From contig CAWAWS010000016.1 in NCBI GenBank assembly GCA_963785725.1, positions 32,001 to 96,000 on the forward strand: DNA of 64,000 bases, in the 5' to 3' direction. The notes below the pieces were generated by a model that worked only from the letters and a program-made list of their open reading frames with translations, was not told the DNA's origin and searched no databases. The DNA comes from an uncultured delta proteobacterium (lineage in GTDB: Bacteria; Myxococcota_A; Polyangia; Palsa-1104). A program made the translations under genes and the position numbers. Shown here in pieces: positions 20,538 through 29,707 of the stretch (its first letter is position 1; each line of letters starts with the position of its first letter).

Positions 20538-21014
20538 ATGCGCAAGTGGTTGCTCGCGATCGTATTTTGCGGCTGCGCAACGGCGTCGCCCGCGCAAAAG
20601 GGCGTCGAGCCGGCCGCCGGCGACCCGCCGCCGGCGAGCGAAGCGGCGCCGGCTCCGGTCGCCGCTGCGACGACGGTGCCGCTGCCCGATCATACGATCG
20701 GCCGGCGCGAGATCGACGCCGTGCTCGCGCAGTCGCCGGGCTATTTCCTGCAGCACGTCGAGACCAAGGCGCAATTCCGCGGCGGCCACTTTCACGGCTG
20801 GCGCTTGATCGCGTTCTTCCCCGGTGACAACCGCTTCTCCGGCGTCGATTTGCAGGCCGGCGACGTCGTGACCAGCGTCAACGGCAAGCCCATCGAGCAG
20901 CCCGATCAGTTCATGGCCGTGTGGACCGCGCTGCGTTCGTCGAGCGAGCTCACCGTCGACGTCGAGCGCGATGGCACGCCGCGTACGCTGCGCTGGCAAA
21001 TCAGCGAAAAGTAG
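20538..21014 (+). CDS. PDZ-domain lipoprotein (resembles the GspC C-terminal PDZ)
   Basis: Lipobox-like FCGC; LQAGDVVTSVNG...VERDG PDZ. Confidence 0.8.
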   Translation: MRKWLLAIVFCGCATASPAQKGVEPAAGDPPPASEAAPAPVAAATTVPLPDHTIGRREIDAVLAQSPGYFLQHVETKAQFRGGHFHGWRLIAFFPGDNRFSGVDLQAGDVVTSVNGKPIEQPDQFMAVWTALRSSSELTVDVERDGTPRTLRWQISEK

Positions 21015-21028
21015 CTTACGGTCGAGGC

Positions 21029-21382
21029 ATGATTCCGTACGAGGAGCTGGTCGCGGCGCTCGATGGCTACGTCGCCCGCGGTCGCGCGCCGCTGGCGCAG
21101 TCGGAGCGCGCCGCACCCATCGCGATCGGAGCCGCGCCCGCCGGTCGCGCGCCGGCCGCGCCGCCGTCGCGGCCGCAAGCGCCGATTGTCGCGCATTCGG
21201 AAGAGGTCGATCTCGGTCATTATGACGAGGCCCACGATCCCGATTTGCCGGCGCTCGGCGGTCAACACGAAGAGGACTCGACCCACGTCGGCGCCATGCC
21301 GCTGACGTCGCCGCCGCGCCATCACGAGGAGCACGGCGACGAGATCGACATCGGCGACGTCCTCGCCGACGACGAAGTCTGA
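21029..21382 (+). CDS. Small acidic, likely disordered hypothetical protein
   Basis: MIPYEELVAALD N-terminal helix and D/E/H-rich tail; fills the gap between neighbours. Confidence 0.65.
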   Translation: MIPYEELVAALDGYVARGRAPLAQSERAAPIAIGAAPAGRAPAAPPSRPQAPIVAHSEEVDLGHYDEAHDPDLPALGGQHEEDSTHVGAMPLTSPPRHHEEHGDEIDIGDVLADDEV

Positions 21383-22216
21383 TTGTCGGCGCCACTTTCC
21401 TTACAGGCCGGGCAGGTCGTCATCAGCGTCGCCGGCGCCGCGCTGGGCGTCGACCCGCGCGCCGAGATCGCCGGCACCGTCTCTGCCGTCGGTGAAGCGG
21501 CCGGCGACTGGCTCGGCAAGCGTGTCGTCGTGCCGCGCCTCCTGCCCTGCGGCGACTGCAACGCCTGCCGCCGCGGGCGCGTCGCGCATTGCCGATCGCG
21601 CGCCGCGCGCAACGGATTGGGCGCGACCGAAACCGTGCCCGCGCGTTGGCTGTGCAGCGTCGAGCCGCCGCTGTGGCCGGACAACGTGGAGCTGTGGCAG
21701 CTGGCGGCGCTCGCCGATGCGGCGCTGGCGCCCTACACGGCGCTGTCGCGCGCCGGCGTCGGGCCGAGCGATCGCGTCGTCGTCGTCGGGCGTGACGCGC
21801 GCGCCCACTTCGCCGCCGCCATCGCCGTCGCCAAAGGCGCCACCGTCGTCGCCGATGACGCCGCTGAAGCGCCCGTCGATGGCGCGATCATCGTGGCGAC
21901 GAGTGCCGCGGAACGTCGTCGCGCGCTGACGCTCGCCGGTCAAGGCGCGACCGTCGTCCTCCTCGACAGCAGCGTCGATAGCACCGCCGATTCGGCGCCG
22001 TTCGCCACCGATTGGTCGCGGCTCGTCGACGCCGAAGCGCACGTGCTCGGCAGCGTCGGCGGCCATCCCGACCTCTTGCCCGAGCTGTGCGCGCTCGTCG
22101 TGCGCGGGCAGCTTCCACTCGCCGCCGCCGTGCGCCGCGTCAGCGTCGACGAGGCCGCGCGGGCCCACGCCGCGTACTTGCGCGACGGCGGACCGCTGCC
22201 TATCGCCGTCCCGTAA
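21383..22216 (+). CDS. Degenerate Zn-binding MDR alcohol dehydrogenase-like protein (Had-like)
   Basis: Structural Zn motif PCGDCNACRRGRVAHC is present; catalytic GHE and GxGxxG motifs are altered. Confidence 0.75.
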   Translation: MSAPLSLQAGQVVISVAGAALGVDPRAEIAGTVSAVGEAAGDWLGKRVVVPRLLPCGDCNACRRGRVAHCRSRAARNGLGATETVPARWLCSVEPPLWPDNVELWQLAALADAALAPYTALSRAGVGPSDRVVVVGRDARAHFAAAIAVAKGATVVADDAAEAPVDGAIIVATSAAERRRALTLAGQGATVVLLDSSVDSTADSAPFATDWSRLVDAEAHVLGSVGGHPDLLPELCALVVRGQLPLAAAVRRVSVDEAARAHAAYLRDGGPLPIAVP

Positions 22217-22269
22217 CACCGCGCAACGACCGCGTTACACCCACACCGGAAGAGATATCCCTAGTTGCG

Positions 22270-22299
22270 TTGACACGTCACCGTCGGTCCGCGCATACT
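22270..22299 (+). promoter_or_regulatory. Sigma70-type promoter, probably leaderless
   Basis: TTGACA-18-CATACT, with ATG 8 nt downstream. Confidence 0.55.
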
Positions 22300-22307
22300 C
22301 CGCCCCC

Positions 22308-23270
22308 ATGTTCTCGGGCTTCACCACGGCGGACTTCGACGCCTATCAGCAGAAGAAGTGGAAGTCGAACGTCTTCAACCGCGAGCGGATGGAGGTGAAG
22401 CAAAAGCTCACCGAATTCGGCCGCGAAGTGCAGGCGATCATGGTCGCGCCCGACGGCAGCCCGCTCGCCGTCGAGGCCAGCGTCGAGCATCCGGCTTTGT
22501 GGAACCACAAGCAGGTCGAGGCGCAGCACCTCTATTTCTCGCGCAACGAAGGCTCGCGCAAGGAGCTCGATCTCATCATCGATCGCGGCAAGTCGTTCGC
22601 GTCGATGATCGACGATCCGACGCCGCTGCGGAACCACCTGTTCTTGGCCGTGACGCTGACGGAGCAGGCGATCGAGCTGTCGCTCAAGCTGCATCCCGAT
22701 GCGCGCGTCGATCGCGAGAACCTCGAGCGCAAGTGCAGCGATCACTTCGAAGCGGGCAAGCTCGTGCACCTCTTGCACTCGCTCGATCCGTCGTTTCGCG
22801 CGGGAATTACGCCCGATACGCTGCCGGTGGCCGAGCTCGACGAGGGCAAGCTGCTCGAGCTCGCCGTGTCGCTCGGCAAGCCGGCGACGACGCCGGCGCC
22901 GTTGACGCTGAGCGCCGGTCCGCAGCGGCTGTTCTACGTCGGTCGCGCCATCGCGCGCGCCGATGCGCTCGCCGCCGGCGCCGGGCTCGTCGACACGGCG
23001 CGCGCGTCGCTGGCGTCGCTGATTCCGGTCTATCGCTTCATCGCTTGGTCGCGCGACAACGACTTTTTGGCGATGCGCGAGACGATGCAGAAGGAAAAGC
23101 AGCAGAAGCGGCAAAAGGGCCTGGCGAAGAACGACGGCGTCCGCATCATCCGCGGCATGTTCGCCGGCAAGTCGGGCGTCGTGCAGGAAGTCGACGCCAA
23201 AGGCGGCCTGCGCGTCCTCGTCGGCAAAGTCGCGGTCAAGCTCGGCGCCGACGACGTCGCCAAAGCCTAA
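22308..23270 (+). CDS. Hypothetical protein with DUF1054-like N-terminus and C-terminal KOW motif
   Basis: FSGFTTADFDAY start; C-terminal VRIIRGMFAGKSGVVQEVD. Confidence 0.8.
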   Translation: MFSGFTTADFDAYQQKKWKSNVFNRERMEVKQKLTEFGREVQAIMVAPDGSPLAVEASVEHPALWNHKQVEAQHLYFSRNEGSRKELDLIIDRGKSFASMIDDPTPLRNHLFLAVTLTEQAIELSLKLHPDARVDRENLERKCSDHFEAGKLVHLLHSLDPSFRAGITPDTLPVAELDEGKLLELAVSLGKPATTPAPLTLSAGPQRLFYVGRAIARADALAAGAGLVDTARASLASLIPVYRFIAWSRDNDFLAMRETMQKEKQQKRQKGLAKNDGVRIIRGMFAGKSGVVQEVDAKGGLRVLVGKVAVKLGADDVAKA

Positions 23271-23335
23271 GTCGCCGTCCGCCGCGCGATTCGCGCGCGC
23301 TGCTCCTCAACCAACGAAGCTTCGCGGGCGCTGAC

Positions 23336-25453
23336 TTAGCGACGCTTTTCGGCGCGTTTCAGCCGCGCCAGCAGCTGCTTGTCCGTCAGCTCGGTCGCGC
23401 GATCGTGCTTGTGATGCGCCGCTTTCTCGTCGCTGGCGATGGCCTTTTCCAGCCGCTTGAGCTCGCGCTTGTCGTTGGTCGCCTGCGCGCGCTCGATGGC
23501 CGCGGCAAAGCCGGGCACCACCGGCGGCGGCGTCTTCGGAGTCGGCGATGTCGGCGAAGGCGAGTCGGCTGAAACGGGAGGCGATGGGGCGACGGGCGCC
23601 GTCGACGCCTGAGGCGGCGACGGCGGCGCAGCCGGTGGCGACGCCGCCATCGGCGCCGGCGGCGACGCGGGCGGACCGGCGGCTTTGGGCGCGCCGCCTC
23701 GCGTCGCGAAGTAGAGGCCGATGCCCAGCAGCACCGCGACGACGACGGCCACCGCGATCACGAGATACTTCCGCGATCCGGCGATCTCGGCCATCATCTC
23801 GTCTTCGTCCATGCGCTCGCCGGGCAGCCCTTGCGGCGCGTGGCGAATGACCGGCATCGCCTGCGTGCCGCCCGTCTTGAGCGACAGCCGCGCCTGGTCC
23901 GTCGACGACAGCGACAGCTGGCTCTCGTCGAGCACGGCCTGCTTGCCGGTGGTGCCGGTCTTGAGCGGATCGCTGCCGGCGGCGGCTTGCGCGCGCGCCA
24001 TCTCCTCTTCGAGCTCGCCGCGCTTGAACCACGCGGTCTCGCGGAAGCCCTTTTTGCGGCCGCTCGGATCGTTGCCGGACTTGGCCAGCTGCTGCGGCGG
24101 CGTGTACGGCTCGGCCACCATCGTCGCTTGCTGGGCCGCCGGCTGTGGCGCCGGGCGCGCGGGCGGCTCGACCATCATCGTCGCCTGTTGCGGCGGAGCC
24201 TGCGGCGCCGGCGTCGGCAGCGGACGCGCGGGCGGCTCGAGCATCATCGTCGCCTGTTGCGGCACGGCCTTCGGCGGCGGAGTCGGCAGCGGACGCGCTT
24301 CCGGCTCCGGCGATGCGACCTCGATGGGCGGAATCGACAAGCCGCTCTCGCGCGCGACGATCGGCGGCGACTGGACCACCGGCGCCGGCGATACGCCCAT
24401 CACCGTCTGCGCGTTCGGCCGAATCGCCGACGGCACCGCGACGACCGGCGGCGCGCTCGCGACGACCGGCGCTTCCAGACCCATGATCGTCTTGGCGCCG
24501 GCGTCGGCGCGGACGTGCGCCTGCGGCACCGACGAGGTGGCCCCGATCTCGGTCAAGAGCTGCCGCAACGTCAGATGGCGTCGCCCGCCGCTCTTCTCGA
24601 GCGCCTTGGCGACGACGCGATCGATATCGGTGCCCAGCCCCGGCCGCTTCAGCGACGGAACGGGCGCCGTCGCATGCAGCTGCTGCTGAATGAGCGCCGG
24701 CACATCGCCCGCGAACGGCGGCTCCCCAGTGAGCGCGTAGTAAAAGATGGCGCCCAAGCTGTAGATATTCGAGCGCTGATCGACCGGCTTGCCTTCGGCC
24801 TGCTCCGGCGACATGAACGCCGGCGCGCCGAACACCTTGTCGCTGACCGCCTCCGCGAGCCCAAAGTCCGCCACTTTGACGTGGTCGCCCGGCCCCACCA
24901 ACACGTTGCGCGGCGCGACGTCGCGATGAATGACGCCGACCTTCTGCGCCTCGGTCAACGCCTCGCCCACTTGCAGCACGATCGCCTTGGCGCGCTCGAC
25001 CGACAGCGGCCCGCCGGCCACGAGCTCGTCGAGCGTCATCATGCCGTCGAGGCGCTCGCTGGCGACGTAGATCCGCCCGTCCGACAGCTTTCCCTGATCG
25101 ATGATGCGCACGATGCGCGTCGACGTCACCTTGGCCAGCTGCTTGAGCTCGCGCAGCGCGCGATCGGCCATCGCCGTCGTCGGCAACACCTCGGGCGGCA
25201 CGAGCTTGAGCGAGACCACCCCGCCGCCGGTCGCGTCATTGGCGTCGGAGACGGTGCCGGTCGGCGTCACATGGCCGATGCCGAGCGGCAAGAAGCGCGC
25301 GGCGACCGGCGCCGGCTGATCGGGCATCGTCGCTGCAGGATCGGCAGCCGTCGCAGTAGCTTGGACGGCCGGCGGCGGCAATCGCGTCGCGTCCATCGGG
25401 CAGAAATTTGCGTCGTCGGGAAACGAATTACCGCACGTGGGACAGAGTCTCAT
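23336..25453 (-). CDS. Zinc-ribbon + Ser/Thr kinase + long Pro-rich linker + TM protein
   Basis: CPTC..FCPMD; VSLK, HRDVAPRN, DFG, MSPEQ; Gly loop degenerate; TM near the C-terminus. Confidence 0.9.
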   Translation of the reverse strand: MRLCPTCGNSFPDDANFCPMDATRLPPPAVQATATAADPAATMPDQPAPVAARFLPLGIGHVTPTGTVSDANDATGGGVVSLKLVPPEVLPTTAMADRALRELKQLAKVTSTRIVRIIDQGKLSDGRIYVASERLDGMMTLDELVAGGPLSVERAKAIVLQVGEALTEAQKVGVIHRDVAPRNVLVGPGDHVKVADFGLAEAVSDKVFGAPAFMSPEQAEGKPVDQRSNIYSLGAIFYYALTGEPPFAGDVPALIQQQLHATAPVPSLKRPGLGTDIDRVVAKALEKSGGRRHLTLRQLLTEIGATSSVPQAHVRADAGAKTIMGLEAPVVASAPPVVAVPSAIRPNAQTVMGVSPAPVVQSPPIVARESGLSIPPIEVASPEPEARPLPTPPPKAVPQQATMMLEPPARPLPTPAPQAPPQQATMMVEPPARPAPQPAAQQATMVAEPYTPPQQLAKSGNDPSGRKKGFRETAWFKRGELEEEMARAQAAAGSDPLKTGTTGKQAVLDESQLSLSSTDQARLSLKTGGTQAMPVIRHAPQGLPGERMDEDEMMAEIAGSRKYLVIAVAVVVAVLLGIGLYFATRGGAPKAAGPPASPPAPMAASPPAAPPSPPQASTAPVAPSPPVSADSPSPTSPTPKTPPPVVPGFAAAIERAQATNDKRELKRLEKAIASDEKAAHHKHDRATELTDKQLLARLKRAEKRR

Positions 25454-25538
25454 CCGCGACCCCAATCTCGGGAACCCGGTGAGTGTATCGTTCTATCTAC
25501 CGGCTGGCTAGCGGCAGGCAACGGCGGAGCCGCGCTGT

Positions 25539-25715
25539 TTACTTCGCGGCCGACTTCGTCTTGGCGGGCGCCGGCTGACCGGGCTCGCCCATGCCGGCGA
25601 ACAGCTCCGCCGACGACGGCGTCGAGTGGCGCGCCTCTTGATTCTTCCGCTTACGGCCCGCGTTCTTGTGAGCCCGCGTGCGCTTGTGCCAGGTAGCCAT
25701 CGTGTTCGACGCCAT
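25539..25715 (-). CDS. Small basic protein (58 aa)
   Basis: MASNTMATWHKRTRAHKNAGRKRKN...; GAGGAG RBS and upstream TTGACA at 25766-25771. Confidence 0.75.
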   Translation of the reverse strand: MASNTMATWHKRTRAHKNAGRKRKNQEARHSTPSSAELFAGMGEPGQPAPAKTKSAAK

Positions 25716-25795
25716 CGTTCCTTGCTCCTCGAAAGGGCTGATTACGTATCCTACGAGCCCTACTCTGTCAAGTATCCCTCGGACATCACTGGCGG

Positions 25796-25825
25796 CTCGG
25801 CTCTGTTCTGCTCTGTTCTGTTCTG
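25796..25825. repeat. Pentanucleotide tandem repeat (YTCTG-like x6)
   Basis: ctcgg ctctg ttctg ctctg ttctg ttctg. Confidence 0.7.
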
Positions 25826-25827
25826 CA

Positions 25828-25922
25828 AGCCAGAGCGGAGACATGATGGGCGCGCGCGAGTTGTCTCCCGCAGCCCGTAGGGCGAGGACTGTCTGAGCGC
25901 GCGCCCATCATGTCGGAGCGAC
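25828..25922. repeat. 95-bp palindromic REP/MITE-like element, copy A
   Basis: 17-bp inverted repeat ACATGATGGGCGCGCGC/GCGCGCGCCCATCATGT around a GCCCGTAGGGC core; homologous to 30841-30935. Confidence 0.9.
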
Positions 25923-28081
25923 TTACATACGCGAGACTTGGTAGACGCCGCTGATCTTCTGCAGCGCGCGCATCACCGTCTTCAGCTGATCTAGGTCCTG
26001 CACTGCAAACGTAAATGTATTGATGGCCTTGTGATCATCCATCGAGCGACAGTTGGCCTGCGAGATGTTGACGCCCAGGTCGTTGAACGACTGCGACAGC
26101 TGCGCGAGGATGCCGGGCTTGTCGGCCGACATGACCTGCACGCTGACCGGGCGCGGCTGCTTGAGCTTGCCGTCCCACTCGACTTCGCACGCGCCGATCG
26201 GGATCTTGGTCGATCGCTTTCGTGCAGCCGAGCGTATGCACGGTGACGCCGCGCCCGCGCGTGATGAAGCCGACGATCGGATCGCCCGGCAACGGCGAGC
26301 AGCACTTGGCGAAGCGCACGAGCACGTCGTCTTCGCCGGCGACCTTGATGCCCGACCGTCGAGCGCCGCGTGATGCGCCGCACCAGGTTGAGCACCGGAT
26401 TTTCCGACGGGGGCGGCTCGGCCTGCACTTCGCGCCGCTTGTCTTCGGGCACGATCTGCTCGATGACGTCGGTCGGCAGGATCTTGCCGTAGCCGACCGA
26501 GATCAGCAGCTCCTCGAACGTCGCCACTTTGAGCTGCGCCAGCGCCTTGTCCATCTCGCCCGACTTCTGCGTGCGATTGAGCGTCAGCGCGTACTTCTTG
26601 AACTCGCGCTCGAGCAGCTCGCGCCCGAGCAGCTTCGACTTCTCGCGCTCCGCCGTGCGCAGATAATTGCGGATCTTCGCCTTCGCCGACGACGTGATGA
26701 CGAACTTCAGCCAATCCTTGTTCGGCTTCTGATTGGGCGACGTGATGATCTCGACGGTGTCGCCGTTGCGCAGCACGTAACGCAGAGGAACGATGAGCCC
26801 GTTGACGCGCGCGCCCGAGCAGTGATGCCCGACCTCGGTGTGAATCGCGTAGGCGATGTCGATCGGAATCGCGCCCTTCGGCAGCGCCTTGACGTCGCCT
26901 TTGGGCGTGAAGACGTAGACCTCGTCGGCGAACAGATCGATCTTCACGTTCTCGATGAACTCGGTCGGATCCTTGAGATCGCGCTGCCACTCCATCAGCT
27001 GCCGCAGCCAGGCGAAGCGCTTCTGATCTTTGTCGTCGGGCTGAATGCGCCCTTCTTTGTAGCGCCAGTGCGCCGCGATGCCCTCTTCGGCCACGCGATG
27101 CATGTCTTGCGTCCGAATCTGCACTTCCATGCGCTCGCCGCGCGGACCAATCACCGACGTGTGCAGCGACTGATACATGTTCGGCTTCGGCAGCGCGATG
27201 AAGTCTTTGAAGCGGCCGGGAATCGGCGTCCACTTCGAATGCACGACGCCGAGCGTCTCGTAACAGGCGCGCACCGAGTCGACGAGCGCGCGAAAGGCGA
27301 CGATGTCGAACAGCTGATCGAGATCGCGCCCGGTCTTCACCATCTTCTGATGGATCGACCACAGATGTTTCGGCCGACCGTAGACGCTGCACTGCACGCC
27401 GTTCTCGGCCAGCTCCGTCTTCAAGATGTCGCTGACGTCGTCGATGTATTTCTGACGCTCTTTGTGGTAGCGCGTCAGCTTGCCGGTGAGATCTTCGAAC
27501 TCCTTCGGAAACAGATACTTGAACGACAGATCTTCCAGCTCTACTTTAATCCACTGGATGCCGAGGCGGTTGGCCAGCGGCGCGTAGATCTCCATCGTCT
27601 CGCGCGCGATTCGCTCCTGCTTTTCGGCGGGCATCGAGTCGAGCGTGCGCATGTTGTCGGTGCGATCGGCGAGCTTGATGAGGATGACGCGGATGTCACG
27701 CGCCATCGCCAAGAGCATCTTGCGGAAGTTCTCCGCTTGCCGCTCTTCTTTGTTATTCCACGGGATTTTGCCGAGCTTCGTGACGCCTTCGACGAGGAAC
27801 GCGATCTCGCCGCCGAACTGCTTGGAGATGTCCTCGGTCGTCGCGCTCGTGTCCTCGACGCAGTCGTGCAAGAGGCCGGCGCAGATCGACGGCACGTCGA
27901 GCTTCAGGTCGGCGATGGTCGCCGCGACGCCGAGCGGATGCACGACGTAGGGATCGCCGGAGCGCCGCAGCTGGCCGTCGTGCGCCTTGGCGGCATACTC
28001 GTACGTGCGCTGAATCAGCTCGATGTTGGCGGCTGGGTGATAGCCTTGGACTTTCGAAAGGATGTCATTGAGCCGCATCAT
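25923..28081 (-). CDS. rel: Bifunctional (p)ppGpp synthetase/hydrolase Rel, with two +1 frameshifts near 26356 and 26187
   Basis: HD domain (LLHDCVEDT), YQSLHT, EVQIRT, AAHWRYKE and TGS; ZFD (AKCC.PLPGD) and ACT domain continue in other frames. Confidence 0.95.
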
Positions 28082-28148
28082 GGAAGACGTGACAATCTAA
28101 CGCACGGCGACGCGCTTTGCCACAGCCGCGCGGCCCATTTTGCAGCCG

Positions 28149-28799
28149 TTACTCGCGCTTTTCCGCCTCGCGCACGAGCGCTTCGGCGATGTGACCGGTG
28201 CGATCGGCGCCGCACTGCGCGGCCAGGTAAATGGCCCGCAGCTTATCGTAAGCATTGAGCAAATCGTCATTGACGATGAGATATTGGTAGATGCCGTATT
28301 GCTTCAGCTCTTCGCGCGCTTTGACGAGGCGGCGCTCGATGACGTCGGGCGCGTCGGTGGCGCGCATGCGCAGGCGTCGCTCGAGCTCGCTCAGCGAGGG
28401 CGGCAGCACGAACACCAGCACCGCCTCCTTCTCGAACTTGGCCTTCAGCTGACGGCCACCTTGGTAGTCGATATCGAAGAGCACGTGGCGCCCACCTTCG
28501 AGCGCCTGACGAACGGCGGTGATCGTCGTGCCGTAGCGATGGTTGTGCACCTCGGCCCACTCGGCGAAGTCGCCGCGCGCCATCATCTCGTCGAACTTGG
28601 GCTCGTCGATGAAGTGGTAGTCGATGCCGTCCTCTTCGCCGCGCCGCCGCGGGCGCGTCGTGTACGAGACGGAGAACATGACCTCGGGAAACTCTTGAAT
28701 GAGCCGGCGGCACAGCGTCGTCTTGCCGGCGCCCGACGGCGACGACACCACGATCAAAAGGCCACGCGACGAATCGTCGATCTCGCTCATCTTCGTCAT
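28149..28799 (-). CDS. gmk: Guanylate kinase
   Basis: SPSGAGKTT, SVSYTTRPRR.GE.DG.DY.F, DIDYQG. Confidence 0.97.
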   Translation of the reverse strand: MTKMSEIDDSSRGLLIVVSSPSGAGKTTLCRRLIQEFPEVMFSVSYTTRPRRRGEEDGIDYHFIDEPKFDEMMARGDFAEWAEVHNHRYGTTITAVRQALEGGRHVLFDIDYQGGRQLKAKFEKEAVLVFVLPPSLSELERRLRMRATDAPDVIERRLVKAREELKQYGIYQYLIVNDDLLNAYDKLRAIYLAAQCGADRTGHIAEALVREAEKRE

Positions 28800-29668
28800 T
28801 CCACGTTCTGGATCTGCTCGCGCAGCCGCTCGAGCTCGGCCTTGGCGTCGACGACGCGCGCCGCGACCTCCGCCGACTGCGACTTGGAGCCGATGGTGTT
28901 GACCTCACGATTCAGCTCTTGCGTGAGGAAGTCGAGCCGGCGACCGGTCGCGTCCGTCGCGGCGCACAGCCGGCGACACTCGGCGAGATGGGCGGCGATG
29001 CGCGTCAGCTCTTCGGTCACGTCGAGCTTGTCGGCGACGAACGCGATCTCTTGCGCCAGCCGCTGCGGATCGACCTCGCCCGGCTTCAACGCGCGCTCCA
29101 GCCGCTCGCGCAGCTTCTTACGGTAGTTCTCGGGCGCGTCCTTCGCCAGCAGCGCGATCTCGCGCGCCGCGACCTCGAGCGCATCGAGGCGCGCCACGAG
29201 ATCGGCTTGCAGCGCCGCGCCTTCGCGCGCGCGCGCGGCGACCAGCGCATCGAGCGCCGACTTGAGGCCGGGCTCGAGCGCCTTCCACAGCGCGTCCGCG
29301 TCGCCGACGCTTTCCCCGACGGAGACGACGCCCGGCAGCGCCATCACCGCTTCGAGCGTCACCGGCTGATTGATGCCGAGCGCGTCGCGCACTTCGACGA
29401 GCGCGTGGTGATACTGCCGCGCCAAGGCCACGTCGGCGCGCACTTGTTGGGCCGCGCCGCCGCCTTCGTCGCGCGCGCTGGCCGTGATGACGCCGCGGGC
29501 CAGCCGACCGCGAATCGCTTGCGTCACTTGCGCTTCCAAGCCGGCGTCGCCGAACGGCAAGCGCAGCTTGACCTCGAGGAAGCGGTGGTTGACGGAGCGC
29601 AGCTCGACCACGAGGCGGCGGCCGCCCACCTCGCAGGCGCCGCGCCCATAACCGGTCATTGATTTCAA
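28796..29668 (-). CDS. yicC: YicC/YloC family endoribonuclease
   Basis: SMTGYG, SVNHRFLE, GRRLDFLTQELNREVNTIGSK, REQIQNVE. Confidence 0.96.
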   Translation of the reverse strand: MKSMTGYGRGACEVGGRRLVVELRSVNHRFLEVKLRLPFGDAGLEAQVTQAIRGRLARGVITASARDEGGGAAQQVRADVALARQYHHALVEVRDALGINQPVTLEAVMALPGVVSVGESVGDADALWKALEPGLKSALDALVAARAREGAALQADLVARLDALEVAAREIALLAKDAPENYRKKLRERLERALKPGEVDPQRLAQEIAFVADKLDVTEELTRIAAHLAECRRLCAATDATGRRLDFLTQELNREVNTIGSKSQSAEVAARVVDAKAELERLREQIQNVE

Positions 29669-29707
29669 CGGAGGCCTACCGAAGCGACACGAAACATTCC
29701 GGGGAAC

